A stretch of 51,371 nucleotides of DNA from Chara braunii (taxonomy: Eukaryota > Plantae > Charophyceae). The stretch covers positions 712,863 to 764,233 of the forward strand of contig BFEA01000029.1 of the NCBI GenBank assembly GCA_003427395.1, read 5' to 3'. The notes under the pieces were generated by a model that was given only the letters and a program-made list of their open reading frames with translations, did no database searches and was not told the DNA's origin. A program made the position numbers and the translations under genes. Below, one piece after another: positions 11,496 to 24,100 of the stretch (its first letter is position 1; each line of letters starts with the position of its first letter).

Positions 11496-14400
11496 CCGCC
11501 AGCCGTCATCCTCTCGTAACCAGGATTAAACTTAGATTAAGAAGGGCAGAAAGAGGGGTTTCAGACTCGAGAGATATAGGAGGGGGATAGCTCCTCTCAG
11601 GAGAGGGCCTTGTAATCTCGATCACCTAAGGGCCCCGCAATGGTGGCCAAAGATCGTAGTAACTTTGCCAACTTAAATCAAACCGTCGGTTGTTGACCTG
11701 TCCACGACTCTCCAAATCGTAGCAACTTGAATACCCCCCCCCACTTTCAAAGAACTCAACCACCTCGCAAAACTCAGGACCCGAAATATATTGGCCACAG
11801 CTTAGGGTACCGCTATGAACCCAAAAGCAGAGTTTCCTTCCACGTTGTAATGAAAACAGCAAGGTGGTCCAACAGACTCCAACCAACTAGGCAGTAGACA
11901 GAGTGCACGCAACTGGCCGTGCAGTCCTCCCCACGTCCCGGTAACTACCTAGTCTGCGGTCAGGCTCACGCTATTTCGGCTAGCAGAATGAGCCATGCAT
12001 TAGTATATAAATAATCTTTTACCCTTGTGGCTCGCCCTTAGCTCCAATTCTCCGACAGGATGAACGACGTATGACTAGCAGGTGAGCTACAACGTTGAGG
12101 CCGGCCTGCAGCTGCCTCGCTGGACAGCACATCGGTCAACAATCAAACCTACACCCTATACTTGGCCTGCTGCTGCTTTATTCAGCCGCGAGCAACAGTG
12201 ATGGTTAATAGGTGGGATTGCAGCTTCGCAACACAACCCCAATTACTCCGTATACCAGGATGGGCAGCACGCTGGCCAGTATGCAGTCTCACTACTTTGT
12301 TCCGATGGGTTGTGCCCCGCCTTACCTGTAGGTAGGCACGCAAGCTTGTGGCTCACCTCCCACTCCGTGATGCACTCGACCGATCTTCACGTCACAGTCT
12401 CGGTCACAGCAGACCCGACAACTCTTAGTGGCACAAGCGAAGTAGCTACGACGAAACAACCGAGCAACTGAGGTTTGAGCTGATGATGGGACTGAAGGTG
12501 GGAGGTCCGTAGGCACAACACACCATCCTGCAGGTAAGCCTTCAGTCGCACTGTTGGCTTCCCGCTACTACCTTGATAGAATGCACAAACCCAGATGAAT
12601 CTTCCGATGGTACGTGGCCGTATGCAATACGTGGCAAGCGCTCCAACTCCGTCGTCACTTTACTTTTGTCATCAGGATGGGCATCACAATGACCCTCAGG
12701 TAAGTCACGATCATCTTTGCGTTTGGCCTCCTGATTCTTCCATCGATTGTACGAGCAACGCGTCCACCAGCAGGTAAATTCCCAAGTCTGCGGCTGCCTC
12801 ACACTAGTTCCCTCGCAGAAAGAGCAAAACCGAATGAATGTTCCACTTGAATATGGTCGGGTGCATATGCGCAGATAGATAGAGAGGCAGCACTTCCATC
12901 ATTAGGACTCGGAGCAACGCACCGGCCAGGTAAGCCTCCAACATCGTGGCTGTCTCACGCTTCTTCCATCAATAGGATGGACAAAAACAAATGAATCCTC
13001 CTCTAGAACGTTGACAGATTCACGGCCACATACGGAGTAGCCCCTAACACCTTCTCCGACAAAAATACTAATTTACTAACTAAACCAACCCCGCCATCCT
13101 GTTCGCAGCACCAAGAAAAATCCTTCCTCACAACTTTCCTTGCTTGATCCCTATCTACTTCGAGTGAGGTAAGCGATTCCTGCCCCCGCCATACCCACAT
13201 TTCTCGACATCCCTGCGCAATATTTCTTCCAACTAACTCTAAACCTACTAATTTAGCATCAAAACTAGCATTACCGTCGCGTTCGCCTTAGCCCAAAACC
13301 TCGGATTCGACTCTTAATTTGCTGAAATCCGTTTAAAAATCGAGGCGCTATACATTTTTTGCCCCCGTCATCTCTCCTCCTTGCATGGTTATCCTCATCA
13401 TCGTTTATAAACTTACTTGGCCCGACACACGTCCAAATCCATTCCACTTTTGTTGTTACCCCCGCTGCTCCTCCTTCCTGTTGCATTCCCCCGCGCTATC
13501 TCTTCCTTTTTTAACCCTCCTCTTAGCTAGCGCACTCCCATACTTTTACAGCTCCTCGTAATTAGCGCACTCCTATAGCGACTGCTCCCGCCGCTAACAA
13601 TCAGATTAGCCTGCTCGACCGCCAAACTTCCGAGAGTTCGGAAGGAAGCGGCTACTAGGTTATTCAACTAGTCTCTTGTCCCGTATACCAGTCCGATGAC
13701 CGGTCAACCAAGTACCGTCGCAACTTCTATCTCTGTACTTAAGTCTCACTCTGCCTAAGCAAATTACGCCTGGATCCGGTTCCTTTTGGTGACCCGGTTC
13801 AAACAAAGGGTATCATGCCGTGGGCGAATCACCTTCTCGCACGAGTCATGCAAGCCTTCCATGTATCTTTCCAATTTTAACAGGTGTCTCAAAGGACTCT
13901 GGGGGGCAAACCCACTTAGCACTACAGAGTGGTTTAAGTGGCCCTCATCAGGCCAGCCTACACACGGCTTCTCATAGCGGTCCCGGGGTCGAGGGTGCGG
14001 CTTTGCTGCAAGTCTGTTGCATGGGCAGTCGTGGAACAGCCTAAGCCGCCCCGCCAGTACTACAGCGGTTCCCCACCCGCGCCCCTTATGACCATTGCTC
14101 AGGCATAACTCACTACCCTGCAGGGTTTAAAGCGCTCACAACAAACGGTAAGTTGAAGGGTCGCGCTCACACAACGACCCCGCCATCCAGGTTTCCTTTG
14201 CCTTATGAGGTTAAATCATTTGTTGGCTCGCATGAACGTCAACCACCACCGATCTGCTTTTCGAGACGGTCGTGGGTGAGAAATCTCGCTTGCATCCTGA
14301 ATATGCAGGGACCTGCCGGTCAAACATAGGAGGTACGCGCTCAATGTCCTCGACCACCGTGATAGCCTTTAAATCCTGCACCACGGCGAAGTCAAGGAAC

Positions 14401-16304
14401 GACAGAGCATAGTAATAAATTAATAATACTACAATAAACAATAAATAAAAATGAATTTAGAAACTTTCAACCGTTCAAAGACTATGGACTAGGAAAAGGA
14501 ACTGCTAGTACCGTTCTGACACTTTTGTGAACAAAACCAAGGGGGATAGCCGCACCGGGTCCTCAACCCCTCGGTCCCTTCACGTTACTCTAATATTCCC
14601 GCGTTGTCGCCCCTCGATCTTGATCCCTAAATCTCCCTTTTGGAAGTTCGATGTCGTTACCAATAGTGTTAGGCCAAAGCCTAAGCTTATCACCAGTGGT
14701 AAACTATATAAGCGGGTACCTACCACCAGCGTTGTCACACGGGGATCCCTGGGCCTATGCCGAGCTAGGGGTTTCACCCCCGGATCCCCGCCGCGGGCCT
14801 ACCCGACCCCCNNNNNNNNNNNNNNNNNNNNNNNNNNNNNNNNNNNNNNNNNNNNNNNNNNNNNNNNNNNNNNNNNNNNNNNNNNNNNNNNNNNNNNNNN
14901 NNNNNNNNNNNNNNNNNNNNNNNNNNNNNNNNNNNNNNNNNNNNNNNNNNNNNNNNNNNNNNNNNNNNNNNNNNNNNNNNNNNNNNNNNNNNNNNNNNNN
15001 NNNNNNNNNNNNNNNNNNNNNNNNNNNNNNNNNNNNNNNNNNNNNNNNNNNNNNNNNNNNNNNNNNNNNNNNNNNNNNNNNNNNNNNNNNNNNNNNNNNN
15101 NNNNNNNNNNNNNNNNNNNNNNNNNNNNNNNNNNNNNNNNNNNNNNNNNNNNNNNNNNNNNNNNNNNNNNNNNNNNNNNNNNNNNNNNNNNNNNNNNNNN
15201 NNNNNNNNNNNNNNNNNNNNNNNNNNNNNNNNNNNNNNNNNNNNNNNNNNNNNNNNNNNNNNNNNNNNNNNNNNNNNNNNNNNNNNNNNNNNNNNNNNNN
15301 NNNNNNNNNNNNNNNNNNNNNNNNNNNNNNNNNNNNNNNNNNNNNNNNNNNNNNNNNNNNNNNNNNNNNNNNNNNNNNNNNNNNNNNNNNNNNNNNNNNN
15401 NNNNNNNNNNNNNNNNNNNNNNNNNNNNNNNNNNNNNNNNNNNNNNNNNNNNNNNNNNNNNNNNNNNNNNNNNNNNNNNNNNNNNNNNNNNNNNNNNNNN
15501 NNNNNNNNNNNNNNNNNNNNNNNNNNNNNNNNNNNNNNNNNNNNNNNNNNNNNNNNNNNNNNNNNNNNNNNNNNNNNNNNNNNNNNNNNNNNNNNNNNNN
15601 NNNNNNNNNNNNNNNNNNNNNNNNNNNNNNNNNNNNNNNNNNNNNNNNNNNNNNNNNNNNNNNNNNNNNNNNNNNNNNNNNNNNNNNNNNNNNNNNNNNN
15701 NNNNNNNNNNNNNNNNNNNNNNNNNNNNNNNNNNNNNNNNNNNNNNNNNNNNNNNNNNNNNNNNNNNNNNNNNNNNNNNNGCCGGGGTTGGGGGAACCCA
15801 CCCCCAGACCCCCGGACCCCCGGACCCCGGTCGGGGCCACGGGACCGGGGCTCGACAACCTTGCCTGCCACACGTGTGGGCCAGCCGAAGGCTTCCCGGC
15901 CACTTCGTTGGCCTGCCGGCTAACCTCACAGCCATCACACCCCGCCCTTACAACGTGGACGCCCGTCCCTCGCACGTGCGCACAAGTCACAGAGAAGCGC
16001 ACCAATCAATGGCAGAATCTTTTTAATCCTAGTTTAATCTGAAGAATAAAAACCCGGTCGGCAACTATGTCGTCCTCACAATCATCAACCAAAGAAGAGA
16101 TCACCTGTGCCTTAAGTCAGCGGCCCCACACACTTTCTACTCAAAACAAACATCCAGCCGACGTACCCACAAACAAACATCCAGCCGACGTACCCACAAA
16201 CACAGTCGCGCCTCGCGTGATATACTTAGACTTTAAACCAAACTTATTTTCTGTCACTTGCAAAAAACGGGGCGGATACCCTTATAAGGGTATTCGCACC
16301 GACA
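11496..16304 (-). mobile_element. Partial giant LTR, probably the 3' LTR of the Gypsy element
   Basis: Colinear and highly similar to 37905-41470 over ~3.6 kb. It starts TGTCGGTGCG on the - strand and is cut at 11495. Confidence 0.85.
14727..15863. mobile_element. hAT-type non-autonomous element (GC-rich; interior is an assembly gap)
   Basis: Imperfect TIRs CAGCGTTGTC...GACAACCTTG. 8-bp TSD CCTACCAC (14719-14726) / CCTGCCAC (15864-15871). The empty site is at 41056-41063 in the sister LTR. Confidence 0.85.
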
Positions 16305-18394
16305 ACTTACCATACCATATTAAGCGACATCCCCGTCACACCTCAGAATCAAAAAGCTATCAATTCATCCATAATCCAAAATGCTGACGAGAAAAGGAAC
16401 CAATCCAATAAGCCGATAGACTCCGATTTGAGGCCTCCATCAATCCATGCCAACTCAAGTATATGATGTTATGATTCTTACCGGGGTCCCCATGGCCCTG
16501 ACACCCGGACACCGGTGTACTAGGCATACGGATTACAGCATAAGTTTCAACGACCCTCTCAACTGTCCTCTCCTCATTGTCCTAGACAAACTTCGGCTTC
16601 TCGTTAAGTGTCTCATTTAGTCGCTAACCTACAAGTAGGGCCATAACTAGGGACGTGGGCCCTAACCGAGACCTTCGAAGACATTCTTGCCTCCCTCCAA
16701 ACAATTATCACAATCTAGTGTATATATATATACATAATATTATCGCAAACTCTTCGTTCAGTCTAGTACAGGAAGGTCAGGTCTCCATCTTGGCCCACCA
16801 TAGTATGGGCAATCAAGCCAGATTTAAGACCCACCTCGTTGTTATTTTAGCGGTTGTGCCCTCTCAGGTTGCGCTACGATAGGTTTTTCTCATGATAAGC
16901 ATTCAATCAGGACTCCAAAAGACTCAATTGACTCGATTTATCCATTCGACATTCCGCATGAGTAAGACCTTCCTAGGCGGCCACACCGTTTAAGTTCTTA
17001 CTTGGTAAGACGTGAGCCCATTGTTCAGGTTACCCTGATCAACAACCAATACTAGGGTTTGTGTCTTAGTGATGCTAAACTTTACCGTTAGTTTGATATT
17101 TTCGTAAATGTCTTAAGATTAGCATAAGTGATTGGACAGTGTGTCGTAACAGTACAGACCTATTGCGGGACTACGCAGAAAGTTTGTGACACATAAAACG
17201 CATGTATCAGGCCTCTGTGGGACAACACAAGGAACATGGCATCCTCTCCACATTCACAATACAGAATCACCGCCAGATTCACAAGGTTGTGGCCTTTTAA
17301 CTTTATCAGAATAAGAAGACCACACATCTTAATGACATCTCACAAATAAATCACTTTTGCGACCTCCAAAATTTCATCAATGGCCAAACAAAAACTTGGT
17401 CTTTCTCGTCAGATTTTATCTTTCAAATCAACTTTCCATGTCATTAAATTTTTTAACCGCCTTCCATCTGAAGGAGGTCCCACTCATTAGGTCTCTCAAC
17501 CATCCCTCTCTTTCTAGGATCAGTTTCCACACGACCTTTTTAAAACATCATCCTTTTGAAGATGAACCTCCAAACTAACAAACGACAACCTTTCCAACTT
17601 GAAGGCATCTCAATCATAAATATTCAAACAAAGAGACCAATTTTTGGGTCCTCGTCACAACTCCACAATAAACATTGGGCATGGCAAGCGATCGAGTCTC
17701 GAAGACTCATAAGCCCATTAGGATTCTCACAACCTTCATAAAACCAGACTGCAGTTCCTTCCCTTATACCCGGTCCTATTATCTGCCGACGGGCAGACCG
17801 CACAAGTATACTGAAGAGTAGACAGTTGACATACATTCATATTCACAAGATACAAAACACATGAAATGTTTCTCATACATCTTCCACACAAAACTTTCAT
17901 TTATCAGGATAAAACCACACATCTGAGAGTGATTATGATCGTCGTGTACAAGAAAATAGTGTCAGACAGAACCTCAACTCAAAATACCCTCAGGGATGAG
18001 ATATCTCACAAAAAACACAAATAATGGTCCAAACCTGTAATTTTAATCAGATTGAGCAAAATCACTCCTCATATAGTACAAAGGTAAACACAGCATAAAA
18101 AATGCAAAAAAAAATCAGAGTTGATCTTGACTCTTCGGAGTCGGAAGAAAAATAGTCTCACTATACATATGTTATATCACTGAAAACCCAAACCTCAAAA
18201 TACTAGTGAAATACTCAATGATAATCATATGCTGTGAATTTTTATATGTACAGTCAGATAGCGTAGATAACAAAAATCTGAAAACAAAAACAAAGCAAAA
18301 GAACGAAAAAATTCTTAATGCTGAAATGCACACTATCACTCAAACTAAGAAAATAAAAATAACTACACAATCATATAGGCGAACCAGTCCCTAC

Positions 18395-20927
18395 TCACTC
18401 ATCTCCTTCTGGTTTTACCCTACCCCTATCGGCAATCCGCTTTACGACTCTACCCTGTCTATCGAACATCTGGTCATCTCTCTCAGTGACTTTTCCTGTT
18501 GCCTTGTCCTTTAGAAACTTCGGACATTGCAAGGCCCGATGTTCCCCATCGTTGCAAAAGAAACAGGATAAGTCACCTGATTTTAGGCCCATCTTCTTCT
18601 TCTTCTGAGATCCTGGTGACGAAGGTGCCTCAGTAAACTTTTTGGCGACCTTATAACAATGGGGCACACCCATAGGCTCCTCAAGTCTTGTCTCCAACTC
18701 CTGAGTACTCGGCTCTATCGATATCCCAACTCCCTCAATCTTGTTCTCCGACAAGTCTAACATTTGTAGCCTACCCTCATAAACACTCTCCGTCGCAACC
18801 GCTATTTCCTCCTCACGAGACATCTCTACCTTCTGCTCAGACATACGCGCGCTCACTCCGTCCTGCATAGTGTCGAGCATCTCGAGAAGCACATTGATGG
18901 CACCCTCGTCTGACCGCCGGCAGCTGTCAGTGGTCCATCTCCACCCTGTACCAGCAAGGCCTCTGTCGTTGGCCCTGAGGAAACTATAGGTTGGGTGGCA
19001 AGCTTTGTGGGTGCCTTGAACTCAAAGGCCCCCTTTTCTGCCTCCCTCTTCGACTTTGCCTCCTCTGGCTCCAGGATGACCTTACCAATGGATGGTTTCT
19101 GGGACGAACCTTCCGCAGATGGTTATCCAAACAAACCTCGTACCTCCTCTTCCTGGATACCACAGCGAGAACTCTCAATCCAATCCACCACCTTGGTAGG
19201 TAACCTTGGTAGGTGTCTCCTTATCCATCCTCGCTGCCATATCCTGAAGCTATCGTCTCATGTCCTTGATAATAGCGGCCTGACTAGTCGTCTACGCCCT
19301 AAGCTCCCGGATCTTTGCCTCTGCAGCCTCCAAGCGTACTTCCTGACTCACTTCCTTTAACTTCTCCCCAGCCAGATCATCTTCCAACATCAGATACCTC
19401 ATGAACGATGTCTTAGTTAGAAAGCGAATCCTTCTGCCCAAATTCTCGTCCACCAATCTCGATATCTTATGTCCCGCTCTTTCAGGTGCAGTGAGTTCCC
19501 CTGCTTTCTGGCTCCAAAACTCTTCCCACATCTCAGTGACTCCACGGGCTCTAGGCGGTACACCTGGTGGCAGGTCTAGGAGTGCCCCTGCTGCCTCCAA
19601 CCTTTGTCTCTCTTGCCAATCTCCTCCACGCATTTGTTAGTCCTGACCCTTTTCTCCTCCACCATCTCTCTTGGTAGCGCTCTTCCTCCTATAGGACGTA
19701 TTATCCTTAGTGGTACCTGAGCTCTAGCCTGTGTCTCTGTCTGAGGTGGCTCCTGTGGTTGCTCTATCGATGCGGTTTCCATGATGTCAGGGTGTTCCTG
19801 AGCATATGCCGGCAGATACGAGTCAACCATGGAAAGGGCCTCCCTCCTCCAACCTGTCCCATCTCGCTCCATCTCCACTCTCGCCCCTAGTGAAAGAGTT
19901 ATATCTGGAGGAGATGGTGGAACCTCTCCATCCCGACGCTCCTCTTCCTCTTGAACACCCTCTTGCACCGGCTCAGGCCCTGGTCCAAGAATTGGCATCC
20001 AAGGAGGAGTATCCTCTCCAACCTCGATTACTTCCTCTCCTCACCGCTCACCCTGTATACGAGAACTGCCTCTCGATCTCTGTCGGCATGTGGTGCCCTC
20101 CACTGCGAAATATCCAAGTGTGCCTCCAGGCTCTGCAGAGATCCTCCTAACAACACTGCCTCCTCTTGCGCCGGCTGAGGGGACTCTCACAATCCTCCCT
20201 TAGTGAACTGCTGAAAAACCACTGGTCCTAACCCAAACTCAGGATATATCCCTGATTCCTGTGCAGGTTGGGCTGGCTCCACGTCGCGTTGGGCAAGTGT
20301 CTTCCGTCCTCCTTGAGTTGGGGCGGCCTCCCTAGGCTCAGGGTCCCTTTGTCTCTTACTTATTTATCGCCTCTCGACCCTGGGCTAGTGTGGCACTGAC
20401 TCTGGCCGTCAAAAGTCCTCCCATAAATGTGCTCTACAGCTTTCCTAATCTCGTGCCCTGTCTCGGATCTCTTGGGTCATTGACCTTTTCGCCCTCCTTG
20501 TCCATAACGGCAGTGTCTACATCCACTCATCCCTCCTTATCCCCTGCTCATGCATGAACCTCTCGAATGCAGGGATGAACTCCTCAACATTCCTTATCTC
20601 TACGCGGATTGGTACACCATCTGCCCCCACTGGTGAAGGTCTTAGGCCCTGCATCCTCATCTCCACCTCCTGCCAAGTCTGAGTCTCCCGACGGATCCGT
20701 GCGATGGACTCCTCAAAACGCTTTACTCCTCCTAATCTCCGTATCATCTCTGATACGGTATACCTCCTCTGACCCGCATGACTCTGAAAGTCATCCAAAA
20801 AAAGCTTTATATCCCCATCGTCATATACAGGTGTGTGCTCTCTCTGGGAAGACTTATGTCGCTCATATCCCTCTGATGTCCCCAATGGTCTTTGCGGTGG
20901 CCGTGTCTCCGTTCCTCCTCTCGGCAT
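18395..20927 (-). pseudogene. Extra ORF downstream of integrase: Gag-like protein with a C-terminal CCHC zinc knuckle (disrupted)
   Basis: Starts MPRGGTETRPPQRPLG. Capsid-like segment PVYDDGDIKLFLDDFQSHA, Glu/Arg-rich middle, and CFFCNDGEHRALQC (CX2CX4HX4C) in ORF 18395-18892. Same strand as pol. Confidence 0.75.
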
Positions 20928-21134
20928 GGTTGTCTTCGTAAAGTCGGACCTGCACAACAAGCGAAGGAGACCACAAACACATAATGGAGTAAGCAAACAG
21001 GTGAAAAAAAGCAAGCTTGGATCAAACCAAACATACACATCATGTCCATACATTCTACCATCTTACCCTGTCTAAGACCTAACTAAAGACTCTATCTATC
21101 TAGATGGGGTCCTACTGTAAGGGACTAGAGCATT

Positions 21135-24100
21135 TAGCTCGCCTCTTCTTTTGCCACAAACTTCTTCAGCCTTGTTCCTGATACCTAATTTTTCTATTCT
21201 GTACCGTCGAACTCTTCAACCTGGTAAGCACAAAAATCTTCACATCGCACGATCCGATATGACCCTAACCATCTCTTGTCGAGTTTTCTAAACCACTGCT
21301 TCTCTAGGGATGAGTCGTATAACAGTACAACATCCTTCACCGCCAAAGGTGTCTTACGCACGTTTGCCATCTGATCTCATCGAGCCTTGTCTTCTATATG
21401 GCTCTTCTCCACCTGATTGGATGCCTCTTGATTTTTTTCCTCAATTGCGCTCACTTGTCGTGCCCAAATATAGAGCAACTCCTTGAAAGATAGAGAGTTC
21501 TTCAAATCCTGGTGCTTCCAGGTTTTCAGGCAGTTCTCAATCAGCGTGGCCGGCGCATACTTAGTGATCCCTTTTACTGTGATATTATCGGCGAAGAAAG
21601 CCACTCTCAAATACCTAGGTCACTGATTGGGCCTCATTTAAGTCCACTTGGCCAAGAGATCCGTGATGGTACTATGTCCCCTTTCAACTGGAGCATTTGT
21701 CTAGGCGTATAGTTAGTCACTACACCATATTCTAATAACAACTCCTACACCTCCAAGCATGTAAACTCTGATCCTCTATCCATCACGAACTGCGTTGCAT
21801 AGAGTACATGTACGGTGCCTTTCCGTATGAAATGTACAGGTAATATCTGTACGGGATCTGTACGGAAACTTGTACGTCTTGTACGCCCCCGTACAAAAAA
21901 GCAAAAAAAAAAAAAAAAAAAAAAAAGTCATCAAAAAATCCGAAAAAAACATATGTGATGCAATAGCACAAAACAAGCAACATTTGACTGAGCATCATCT
22001 TCATATTATTATCAGAATTTGAGGAAAAAAAACACTACCGGATTATTAAAAAAAAAAAAAAAAAAAAAAAAACTCGTACGGGGCCCCAAGCGTACGAGTA
22101 GCGTACGAGTACAAGAGTACGAAGCCATACTCGTATGAGGGTGCGTACAAGTGGCAACACAGATCACGAACTCATTGACAAAGTTATACCGTAGATAATA
22201 CTCTTCGATGCAACTCACTAGAACCTTACCGGGTTTTGTACATATGGTCCGTCCATCTACAAAGGCTTGATTGTCTCATGTATCGAAGATGTAGTTGTAA
22301 TTATTATCTACAATTGGCATAAATAGTAGGTCGAAATGCACTACGACCCCTTCTTTCCTTTCTAACCTTGGATGTAATGGCTCCTTCGGTCTCTGAGGTG
22401 ACCTTTGCTGGCAGGTTACACAAGACCGACAAAACTTGATGACCATCTCCATCATTTCATCCCAATAATACAGTTCATTTATCTTGGTGTAGGTGACATT
22501 TAGTACCTCTCGATGCCGTCCTGCTATGCCATCGTGTAACGCCGTCATGATATCAATCTGCCGGTTTCTCCCACATACAACTTTCATAGGATTCCGTACT
22601 CGTCTTTTTATAAAGAGGTGGTCGTCCCTTGCTAGATAGAGATGCCTCATCTTCTATGCCTTCTCGCTTGCATCCCTATCCCTCATTTTACATGATAGAA
22701 AAAATCATAGTTCCAGGTTGATTCCATCATATTCTATAGCACGAAACTCTAATTTGATTTCCCCTTCCTTAAACTCGTCGTCCTGGCTCTTTGGCACTAG
22801 ATCTTCGCCCTCAGCCGGATTCAACGAGCCCGTTCGGTCAAAGTTCCCTTGTAGGAGCGTATTGGTGAGGAGATACATTCCTCCCATCAGTTTCGCGTGC
22901 CTCTTTACCTGATTAGGACCTTCTTCTATTGTACTTACCTCATCCACCAGATTGTGAGTGTCTGTCAGTGTCAACTCCATCACCCACTAAACGTCCTTAC
23001 CACCCCATGGGTCTTCTTCCTCAGAAGGCTTAAGCACTAACCATGCCTTCTACTCATACCCTCATGGTGCTAACTATATGGGGTGACCAACGCAACTTGG
23101 CACTCGCAGGGACCACTTGTTGATATGCAGACGGACATCCTCTTCCTTGTCCAAAAATTCATCAATCGGCGGCGTATCTTCTATTGTCCCTTCTTCTGGC
23201 TTGTCCTAGTTTATGCGACTCAACCCATCTGCTTTATTCTTGCTTCCCAGAATCCTCTCTAATTCGAAGTTGAACATCCAGATGTATATCAACCATTTGG
23301 CAACTGTTGGATCTGATGGAGTGTAATTATTTAAAGAGCAAGCAACCGCAGTTGGGTTCACTCTCAAAATAAACCTCATCCCGAAAATATAATTCCGAAA
23401 GATTCTCTGGCAGTGAAGGACAGTGATAACCTCTTTCCTAAACTGAGAGTAGTTTCTTTCAGTTGTATTAAGAGTTCAATTTTCAAATCTCAGTGGTCTC
23501 TCCTTTCCTTCAGTATCTACCTGAGTCAGAACTCCACCTAAAGCAGTCGGCCCAACGTCCGTCTTAATGATAAAATGTCTCACCTCAGTGACCTCATAGT
23601 TTGGAGCCCCCGATACTAGCCCTCCTTCCATGAACTCAACCTTCATTCCCATCACAACCTTTTTGTGGTCCTCATCAAGACCCATTCCTGATTCTCACGT
23701 ACCAGCTTTCTCAAATGTTCCGTCCTGGCAGCAAAGTTTATGATGAAGCTCCTCCAAAATCCACACGTACCAAGAAAGTTTCTAACATCTGCTATCGAAT
23801 GGAAAGGTACTAGTCATTCGATAATTTTGTTCATCTTCTTCACATCTGGCCAACGATCATTCACGCTATAAACAAACCCCAAGATGGTAGTTTCCTTCAT
23901 ACAATGTGTGGATTTGGCTCCACTCGCCGTAAGATTCTTCTAGCAGATTTAAGATTTTGTCAAGGTCCTGAACATGCTTCCACACAAAACGCCTTACTCC
24001 TAACATAACTTCATCCTCTTCCTTTTCTTTTGACCCTTTTACTGCTGAGTCATCAATGAATGGCTAGGTGATGTGTGGACTAACTGTCCGCATGGCCCGA

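Noticed and set aside
14527-16042. Long ORFs of 365-499 aa (also those at 29252-30255 and 36831-37292)
   Set aside because: They are artefacts of translating through N gaps.
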